A DNA stretch of 64,000 bases from Phoronis australis (Eukaryota > Animalia > Phoronida), in contig NMRA01000012.1 of NCBI GenBank assembly GCA_002633005.1, positions 1,418,357-1,482,356 of the forward strand, read 5' to 3'. The notes below the pieces were generated by a model. It saw nothing but the letters and a program-made list of their open reading frames with translations. It had not been told where the DNA came from and did not search any database. Every line of letters begins with the position of its first letter. The first letter of the stretch is position 1. A program made the position numbers and the translations under genes. This document shows positions 13,229 through 23,009 of the stretch, in pieces.

Positions 13229-13736
13229 TTTGTTGTTTCTGACAATTTGTGTATCTGTGGTACTCTGAAAGAAACTTTTCTAAGCTATAGCGCATTCAAA
13301 CACTATTATTTTGAGATCTGCAATGGCCCAAACACGGTTACCAGACCTGACAGTACTTGCAGTTGACGAGTTGTCTCGAGTCAAATAGATTTTGACACTG
13401 CCTTTAACAAATTCGCAATTCAGAAAGTTAGGAAATCGCCGTTTGTGTGAAAAGCCTCACCTATTATCAAGAACTCTGAGTGGCGAGCAATTTGAATACC
13501 GTCATTTTCTGCATAAAAGTCCATCTTTACACAGGCCTAGTGGGCGTACATAAGGAAATTTTCCTCAGATATACCTAGTGCGTTTATTTGGAAACATACA
13601 TTGTTGAATCGTGAAACCGTCATTAGAAATGAACACCAAACTCGTAACTGAAGTAAATTTTTAGCAATAAATGTCTACATGTGGCCACAGGCGTCCTCAG
13701 CTTCTGATCGTCCCCAATACACTACATATAATATCT

Positions 13737-13853
13737 TATACCACAATATTAGCCTCGAATGGCAGATACAACCGTGTAATAACCCATAAAGTTATCTCAC
13801 TAGTGAGATAACATTTTGGTGGGAAACCGAGGCCGGATTCGAACCGGAAACAG
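13737..13853 (-). mobile_element. Truncated copy of the tRNA-derived SINE at 48585-48777
   Basis: Near-identical to 48615-48725 (TTATACCACAATATTAGC...GATTCGAACC). It ends just past the B box, so the A box is missing. Confidence 0.75.
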
Positions 13854-14483
13854 GAAACACATGGCGGCGATGGCAAAAGGACGACTTTGATGAGCCTGTG
13901 TTGTAGTGCCGCCATTCATTATTTTGATGTCTGAAAATCCTTCGATAACAACTCTTCGTTGGACAACGGAAATCTTGTAGTTGTCCGAAAAATCATGCAA
14001 TACCCGTAACTCGGGTGTGACAGACATGGCGATAGGTTTGATAATCGTCATCCAGATAATAAACACGTTATTAACAATCGTCTCTCCGTCTTCTAGATTT
14101 TATTACCACTTTTGCACCTATCAGATTTGATTTTGAATCTCTAGAACAAAACGTGAATTGAATTTATTTGTGTCTCATCACAAGTTATAGTGCTTTTGTT
14201 TCAGTGGAATGCAGTTATTATTTTGATATCTTAAAACGGTGTTAAGCCATGCTGTCATTTGTTAATTTTTTCAGTAAAGGGAACGTTCTTGCGTTTCCAT
14301 GATTAAGGTAGGCCTATATTATCTGGTTAGGTTTTCCCTTGTAGATTACGTAGGCGTAGATTTCCTCAAATTAAGTGACATCGCCGTCAAATGAAAACAT
14401 TTGCTTAACCAATAGGATACTTTGTTGCAGTCCTGATAATATTATTAAGCGCTAGTACATTTTCGAGTTTCTCCTCTAATATT

Positions 14484-17400
14484 CTACAAGCACTGTAAGA
14501 GTATCAACGACAAACTAAGGCTGACAAGCGACACCTGATAATAGGGGGCAGCATCAGTTGTTGACGCACGAATTCTCGCAAGCATGCGGACCGGTGCCCC
14601 GCCTGACCCCTCAATCTTCATCGGGAGCACCACGATCTCATGCACTTTTGTCGGTAGTTTATCGAGATTATGCACATTCTCAACAGCGTAGATCTGCTTT
14701 GCGAACAGCTCTCGGTGAGATTTAAAGTCTTTTGACATACCGTAGTCTACCGACGGTGTATCAAATCCAACTCCAAACACTCTTGGCGATTTTTCGGCCA
14801 AGTAAATCGCAGCCTCCGGGTGTATGCCAGGGAAGTGGAGATTACTTGTGTCGTTACCATGGGGACCAAGAGAACCGTGTGGCCCAGTGAAGTAGTAGGA
14901 TCGGTTGTTGTAGTGTTTACCCCATCCAAAGTTGATGAGGACAATGGAGCCACTAACGGAACCTGAATAACAAGTACAGTAATACCTTTAATGACAGCAA
15001 TCAGTGGCGGATTTAAAGGGGGGGGGGGAGCAAGGGGGCCATGCGAATGTCAGACGGGCAAAATACTGGCTAATACTCTGTCCTGCCCCCCAACTCAAGA
15101 TCTCGGATCCTCCCCTGGTAACAACACCAACATGAACTTAACTTCCTCTTGATTACGCCGCTTCTCCGGGTCAAACCACATAGGTTGCACACTTTTAACT
15201 TGAAAATTATTGCCATTTTCTTGTGTTTTATTAGGAGCAATAGTTCCAACCATTCCTAAACCACCCTCACCTGTTTAAAGCACTACGCTCTTATACTTTG
15301 TGAGCTATATTCATGTAGAATGAGCGTAACAAGCTTAAGATTTAATAAAAGCACCGACTGTCAACAACTTGTTGTCTCTTATTATAGTCTTATCGAGGCT
15401 CATCATATTATATAATTCTATGATGAATGGCTAGAATTCATTAAACACACGGCGCATAGACTGAGGATATATGGAGTCTCCTTAATGCTTTTGAAAAACT
15501 GTGATGACTGAGCACCTTACGGGGGAGGGGGCTGAAACGCACACTGGCTGTGTCTTCCATGAACGTTTGCATTTCAAGCACTGCTATTGGCCTCCACCCA
15601 AGTGGGCCATGCTGCTGCTGCTGCTGCTGCTGTTGCTGCTGTTGCTGCTGCTGTTGCTGCTGTTGCTGCTGCTGTCGCTGCTTCTAATCAAATACCAAAA
15701 ATAAACGAATACTAGAACCATGTTGTTTAGATAATAATAACAACAATGACAATGCCAATGATAACAATAATAACAATATAGTAATAATGATAATTTCACG
15801 TATTGTATTGAGAACAGGAAAACACTTGCTTTTGTGCAGTTACCAAATCCTGTATGCATTCATTACGACTAGGTTTGAACCTGACACGTGAATAATTCTT
15901 AATCGTTTGTAAAACGTTCTAGGAATACTTGGTAAAGTGAGAAGGTCTATAAAAGGGCATCTGTCATTTCACAAATTTCGAACCATCCTTAGTCTTTGAA
16001 ATTTTCTTTATCTGAATGTGATTTGCCACCAGTCCGTCGATAGTTCGTAGAAGTCTAGCCCTGGTATGCCAACTACGATCTCGCGGCCGCGGAGGTTACG
16101 ACGCGCATTCGTGAGAGTTTTTTTACATTCCTTTGTTCCGGTGTGTGTACTTGCTATGGAATTTATTGTCATTAAAACTTTTGGCAACTCCGCCGTTTTT
16201 CAAATGAATTGCATAAGAGCCGTATCATTAGAAATTCCCTTATCAGTTCTTGATGATTATACCAGAAGCAAAAATATGAATAACTTAATTCATAGTTATT
16301 GATCATTTCTGATACTTAACTGGTTTAAGATTATCGTTTAATGCTAAAAACCAAGAGAGTTAAACACGCGAAAAATAATAGGGTGTAATAGTATCATAAA
16401 AAGGAACGAACCAGAGAGGTTTTGTAAATGACTAGTTAAGCCATTAGGGAAATAAAGAATTCTACCCTATAAAGACAAAAGTTTTAGAATGTGGACCACT
16501 CACACTTGATGTGGATAATTGACTCAGGCATCCATAAAAATATACATCTTTATATATTATAATTAATTGGACCTTTGGTGCCGTTTCATACGATTACATT
16601 CTTCAGAAAAATTCAGAATGCAGTGACATTTATGAAAAATTCGATAAACTACGTCACGTATCTATCCGACATTTGTAGATAACAGCTTTCTGATAGATAA
16701 AAAACGGACATACATCTATAACGTAGCTTTGAAGTGTACTATGGATAGCACATCACGTAGGTTGCAGTGTAGGACTTTTCATAAAAGTTAAGAAATAATC
16801 TCTTTTCTTCAGAAATTAAAAGTTAGCATTCCTGATACATGTAGTGTATGTTACCGTAAACAAGAGACATTTGGACACATTTTCACGATAGTTAAGTTAC
16901 TAAAGAAAGTGGAAAATAACAATATTCACAAAAAGAGCGAATGTTAATTATTTTGAACACCTGTCGCATAGTTGTCACGGTCAACATTCAAGAACGAAAA
17001 AGCAGAACAACTGAATTAAAAAGTGGACTTCGGGATGAAAATCGGGACATCGGGTATAAGTTAAAATGTTAGGGTGAAATGTTCGCTGCAAATGACAAAA
17101 ACGTACCGACAACGCTTAATTCACAAAAAGTCTCGAACTCGCCACAATATAATATATTTGGGATTAGGAAAGCAATAAACATGGCCAATGCATGACTCCT
17201 TACATTACTTTAGATGAGGTTCTGTACGGTCAAATATGAGTCAATTTTTATATTCGTTCTCAAAACAGACAAAATACGTTTATCCCAAAGGCAAAACTGC
17301 CCCTGATGTAAACCAGAACCGCCCTCAAGGAGTATTTTTAAGAAGCGTCTGAACGTGCATTAGCTACAACGTCTGGGTGTCCTGCACAGATATTGCTCAA

Positions 17401-20400
17401 CGAAGTCAAGAAAAACGTCAGAAATGGAAACAAGAAATAGATTTCAGCTCCAACTCTGACGAAAATACTGAAAATAGCAGACATGCACCCCAAGCCTGAA
17501 GATGATGTAAAAGACAACTTGAACTGCCTTGTCATGCAGGCTGCAAAAATGATTCATGAAAATATTGCGTGCCACGCGATCTGCGATCATCATTGATAAA
17601 AGATGACAAACGACACAAAAACAAGCGGAGCAGTCTGTGTAAACCCGCTTCTTTAAAGAATACTCAGTGGGGCGCCTAGGATAAATATGTTATACAACGT
17701 ACGTGTTTGTACCAAGTGTGTTATTGCATCGAGATTCGTGATATGCAAACTACTTCTGCCTCGTTTATATGCTGCACTTTTTCACTCATTTGTATATGAT
17801 ATACAACGTACTTGTTCGTACCAGAGGTTATTATATCGAGATTCGTGATATGCAGAAGTAGTTTGCATATCACGAATCTCGATATAATAACCTCTGGTAC
17901 AAACAAGTACGTTGTATATCATATACAAATGAATGAAAAAGTGCAGCATATAAACGAGGCTTTAGTATACTGGCATTTACTTATGTTTTTTGGAACAAAT
18001 CTCTTCGGCGCTCTAATTATATTTCGTGAGCTGTATTCATGTAAGAATGCGTGGAAGAAACTTGGCATAAAATAAAAGCAGAGACTCAGCGACTTGTGTT
18101 TTTTGCTATATTCTTGTCGAGGCGTCCCATTTTGTGCCCATTATATGATATAAGTCTGTGATGAATGTGTAGAATTCATTAATTACACGTCGCATGACTC
18201 CCACACAGATTGAGGATATACGGCCGAGTTTGCTTAATGTTTGTGAAAAACCTGCGTTGAATGAGCAGCTTACGGGGGAACACCGCACGCTGGCTCTGTT
18301 TACCAAGAACGTTTGTATTTCTAGCACTGCTGTTGGCTTACACCCGAGTGGGTCATGACCTTTTGTCGCCCATTCCAGTTTAATCTGTGTCATTTTATTT
18401 TTACCTAGAAATCAGACATATCTTATCTAGAAAGATAGCGAGCGGTTTTTTACTTAGACTTGCTACGTCTATCGTTGTCTTGCGGATGATCGACAAATAT
18501 ACAGAGCGTTTGAGCAACTGTATGTCGTCAACCGACAGCTGACTGCCATGCGTTTAATGAATTCCGTCTTCAACCAAATTATTCCAAAAGCTTCAACTTG
18601 AAAAAAGTGAAAGAGGTAGATTCTCCCTCCTTGAAATTCGTGTAGGCAATAAATTGAGCAACGAAAACGCGAATGCGTGCGCTGCAGGCGCAAAGCGAAT
18701 TTAGGGGGTGCGAGGACATGTCCTCTGTAAACTTTTTGAAATAAGATGCTCTGAGATTCATTTTAAGCCTTTATGCGAGACTTCTAAAACACTTTTAATA
18801 AACAATTCAGGCGGTAATTCTTAGGATTTGATCATTTCTCCCTAAAGCGGGAGAACCGACGGCGGGGGAGGAGCTTCTGTTATTGGGGTGGAGGTCTAGA
18901 AAAACTAAATGATTTGTCACATAAGTTTAAGGTTGCCAATGCCATTCATATATATATGATAATGGCGTTGCCATTTGACTACAACTGCGTAAAAAGTTTT
19001 AGAGTACATCACAGGCAACTCACCGTGATTTTTCTCCCATTGCTGGATGTCGTCCTTCGTCAGTTGGTAGTCAATATTCCCGTTCACTTTTGTCTTCACA
19101 TCAATTACACTGCCTGGGCCTATGAAAAACTTTACAGGGATCTTGTCAATCGCCCACCCTTCAGCGGCGAAGTGGCGCGGGGCATCCATGTGGGTGCCAC
19201 CATGAACGGGGGAACTGATTTCTTCAGCCTGGAGCCTATTCGAAGAACATCATAAAGTAGATTTTCAAAAGTTTAAAATAAGGATACGTAGGACCTTATT
19301 GACTTGTCTGCGTATTTAGATAAATGTCTACAAAACTATAGATTTGAACTCATTAAATGTATAATTAGCAGAAGGTATAAGGATTTTTCACGCTTTGTCA
19401 ATCTGCCAATATTTGAGGAACGTGACCACGTCCTTTTTTGAAAAAAAATCATCAAAAGTGAATGGGAGCGTTTTATTGAGAACGGTGAGATTTTTGAGTC
19501 TTAAACGATGCACAGTAAAGTCAACTGCAATGAACTGGGTTATGTACGGGTGCCGTTGACATACAACAAATAATTTTGAAATTTTTGGTTTACAATAATT
19601 AAAAGTGTATTTTGCTGGAATTGTTCATTTGTTCTCAGCGTCATTTTTTCATAAATCAAGTAGGGAATATTTAATGACACTGAGACGACCAGACTCCCCA
19701 ATGCCATGCTGTGGCGCCGTACAGGTCGTCTTCTTCGCCTTCATCCTTAAAGACAGTGTTCTATTGTCTCCATTTATTTGAGGGAAATCTCACACTTATT
19801 TAATTGTGTGATTAAATGCATATTGTTCTCAGAAGCAGGGTACTAAGAAAATCTAACATTCCTGATGGTTCATTTTTTCTGATGAAAGAAAACTAAGGTC
19901 TTCTGCACTGAGAAGGGAATCGTATGAATCACAGATGTAGAAGAAGTCCTGGTCAAATACATTTAATCAATTACATTTCGTTTTTCAAGTATGGGTCTTA
20001 TGAATACGATATATTAGTTGTTTGTTACGCTACACTTGATAGAAGTATTCATATTTAATATTCATATAAACTGATCAGATTTAGTGAAATCGTGAGATAC
20101 ACGATTTAATACTGCATGCTCACTTCCAATCAAGAACAACCTTGAAACATGCTTCTGGTATAAGATCACTCATTAGCATCAACAATCATCCTCTATTAAT
20201 TTCGGCTCTACAGTTTAGTCACATAATATTCACTAATACGCCAATAAACATGGTTAATATTTTTCACCATGTCAAGAGTGAACGAAACAATAAAATGACC
20301 AGGTAGGTAACACGGTGCTCCTCGTAGTACTTGGAGGGTTACTAACCGACTGATCAATGAAGATGAAACTTGTAATCGTATTTAGGCTTGATAATTCCGG

Positions 20401-22428
20401 CTACTGTATTGTTTTCGACCTCTTGTTATTACCCACCGTTTGACCATTGAAGTTATGACTTCCTTCCGGCGTTATACGACTGTTATTTACTAGAATGTCT
20501 CTCGTTGACCAATGACTAGACTTGTTTTAGGGCTTGTGTATATCCCGTGAAGAAAGACATCTAGGTCTTAGTGTTGTATCCATGTGGTAAACATACATAT
20601 GATTTCCGCATCCTTGTCTTCTGCAGGGTCAGTTCGTGGATGTCGTAAATGGACACGGATTTCTTGTGTAAGTAGCCTTATAATTACTGTGTAAAACGGT
20701 GCGATTTGTAGTAAATCGAAAGAAAGTATTTTAAGAGTTGGCGTCAAAGGAATTCCACAAAAGTTTGTACTTGCAATCTTTCCAGTGGTTAGAGTGACTA
20801 TACGACCCGTAGAACTAATCTATGTCTGTAAGTCTTGATTGGACGACGACGTGTATCTGATTTGGTCACAGCGCCGTACACCACCCAGAATAGTTTCCTA
20901 AAGTACACTATTGCAAGTTTCTGCATTGCATGTCTCTTTCTGGCGTATCAAGACCGAAACTGAATTGAAACACAATCTCATCAGTGTATGGTAACGCGAT
21001 GAAAGTTTCTTACTCGGTAATGGGAGTTTCCTTGAAATATACTATTTACTAGAAATTTAATTGTATAAATGTGATATGAACAACAAGTATGTAGCTTCAA
21101 ATCGTCCTATATACAGGATTCCATGAACTGAACTGACCCCCAACCTTCCCTGACTGGCACAATAGCCCACATTTGTAAAGGCCCAGTTGTGTTTACATTG
21201 GTGCCTGGCAAAATAGTTACCCCTGAATATCAATGTTCCTTGTATCAACCTTGAAAAGAAAAAATTCCTTGTTGCATGGCATCAAATGCAGTGTTTAACA
21301 ATGGTCACGTGACACGTGATGACCTGACATCATTGTTGGTATTCCGCGAATAAATTTTCTACAACCGAGGTTGATGTCGAGTAGCGAATTCCTCAAGAAA
21401 GCTGTGTTTGTGACTGAATAGCAAAGTTTTATGGCAATTTTTGGCACAAAGGATAGTAAGTTTGTTTTAAAACATATCAATAAAAGTTTAATCCGGTCAA
21501 AGATTTCCATAGGGAAGGTGTGCAGCTTATGTGCCCTTAAACGATGCGTTAAGTAGGTGGCGTTTCATCACTTGATCATGATGAAGATTGACATTCGTTT
21601 CAAGTGGTTTACAAATATCTTTCAAAGTGACCACTGGTGCTCCTTTCTCACCGGTAATATCACATTTGTCGACCGACTAGCATTATGGAAAGTTAAAAAC
21701 ATCAATTCTAATAAAAAAACGAAAAAATGCATTTAAAACCACAACTCTCTACACTACTACCTGTAATTGTAAAACCAACTTAGGTATGGCTTAATATTAT
21801 TGACAGTGAATTACGAGTAATGATGGAAGTGCAGAAATGAAAAAATAGAAGTATGAAGCCCTAGTGCAAACTCGCCCTTCCACAGGGAGAGAACTTTCTT
21901 CAACAGCACTTGTCTACTAAGTGAGCGGTTGATGATCAAGTGAAACGGACTAATCAAGTGGTCACTTTGAACTGCAACTATTTTCCTTATTTTTATACTT
22001 ATGAAACAATGGTCAAACTTATTGGTACCAAAAATGCTTGCACAATCAATAAAAATGACAATCTGCCCCCACACTTTAATTTCAGTACACTCATGGTAAG
22101 AGCTTTATGCGACCTCACAGAATTGCAGCTAATCGTGTGGCGCTGTATTCGAGATAATGGGTAAGCGAATTCGTCCCAGGTGGCGAACTTATCTCGTTTT
22201 TTTCCTAGTCTTAGCGTACCAAAATCCGCCTGATGAGTTGCCTTTGCTGAGAAAGTTCATCTGGAACCCTGTGGTGAAACTGGGCCAGTAGTTGGACCTG
22301 TTATTGAAGGGGTGACTCAGATCTATCAGCTTTGACTCCTCAGACTTGTCCTCATCATGAGAGTCACCTTGGCATCCGGAGCATAACAACACGATAAGCA
22401 AGGCCAAGGCAGTGATGAGCTTGTTCAT
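14484..22428 (-). CDS. Cyclase-family metal-dependent hydrolase (KynB / isatin hydrolase-like), copy 2; signal peptide and hydrophobic C-terminus
   Basis: Exons 22220-22428, 19024-19235 and 14484-14962 join to 900 nt, i.e. 299 aa plus stop. Intron positions and phases match copy 1. HGGTHMDAPRHF, DTPSVD, SHRELF and YAVENV are intact. Confidence 0.92.
15002..15116. mobile_element. Short hAT-like MITE
   Basis: CAGTGGCGGATTT...G-run...GGATCCTCCCCTG termini. It is absent from the equivalent intron position in copy 1; a longer version survives at about 36075-36223. Confidence 0.55.
15611..15681. repeat. (CTG/TTG)n microsatellite followed by (AAT/AAC)n-rich low-complexity tract
   Basis: Seen directly; it explains the poly-Leu and poly-Ser ORFs in the track. 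Confidence 0.9.
16200..16930 (+). mobile_element. Highly decayed L1/Tx1-like ORF2 3' fragment
   Basis: CSVCYRKQETFGHIF near 16840-16885 resembles the zf-RVT CxxC..ET..H.F motif. There are many stops and the boundaries are approximate. Confidence 0.45.
17686..17960. repeat. Near-perfect palindrome (97-bp arms, 9-nt loop) preceded by a partial direct copy of the unit
   Basis: 17758-17854 is the reverse complement of 17864-17960, with about 2 mismatches. 17686-17757 repeats the unit end, including the loop sequence in the opposite orientation. Confidence 0.85.
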
Positions 22429-22563
22429 GCTGGCTTTGTTCCTGTCCCTAACTTATAACTGATAGTGGGTCGGAGTACTCGGTCTACTAAGTGAGTACTG
22501 ACTTCCTGCCAATTGACTACTTTGCTCAACCTGTGACTTCGGAAATTTATATTTGTCTGAGAG

Positions 22564-22593
22564 TAACCAATCAGGACGTCGTATTCTGGCGCC
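22564..22593 (-). promoter_or_regulatory. Conserved CCAAT-box promoter block of cyclase copy 2
   Basis: TAACCAATCAGGACGTCGTATTCTGGCGCC lies about 135 bp upstream of the ATG. Confidence 0.55.
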
Positions 22594-23009
22594 AGGAAGG
22601 CATAGTTGATTCACACCTGGGAGGACCGTCCGGGCGTAATTGTGGAAACCTGAACTACAGTACAGTTCCCAAAAGGCCGTGTTGTTGTCATGCGCAGTCA
22701 CAATGGTGAATGTTTACCAAGTACCTTTTTGTATGAGCACGAAGCGGCGACAATGACACGGCACTAGAGCTTCGGGGTCAACTGTTCGATGCTAAGTCAA
22801 AACCGCAAGCTTGTTCTAGCGTTCTTTGATCTCACTTGTTGACAGTAGTCTGTTTCATTGAAAATTCAAACTACTGAGCCTGAAGGTTGAGATCACTGAA
22901 GTTGAGGTTTCTTAAACATTATGCTGCCTTTGTATGATCTTGAAACTGTGCTTTCAATTTTTGACTGTGGAGAAATCATGATTTTGAAAAAGGCCACAAG
23001 GTCAGCGGG

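Larger units (their letters stand above)
8250..13690 (+). mobile_element. Decayed hAT transposon (ZMYM1/DUF4371-type transposase remnant) interrupted by later insertions
   Basis: hAT-like end CAGTGGCGTA at 8250 and a YCICCSLF zinc-finger-like piece near 8750. Transposase pieces FELITMLSKYIPFLKEHL, LSPRIQNEFI, ILNEIKSAK and FDSTPDESHTGQIS lie at 11780-12030. The right boundary is uncertain. Confidence 0.7.
15421..18360 (+). repeat. Two dispersed direct copies of a ~190-bp repeat (15421-15610 and about 18160-18358) in intron 2 of copy 2
   Basis: TGATGAATG..TAGAATTCATTAA...GCACTGCT.TTGGC...GTGGG.CATG is shared by both copies. Confidence 0.6.

Noticed and set aside
15501-15859. Poly-Leu and poly-Ser ORFs
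   Set aside because: They are translations of the (CTG)n and (AAT)n microsatellites within an intron.
2828-22428. Bacterial contamination or very recent HGT of kynB
   Set aside because: The genes have conserved spliceosomal introns, signal peptides and animal transposons within their introns. An ancient transfer cannot be judged without a phylogeny.
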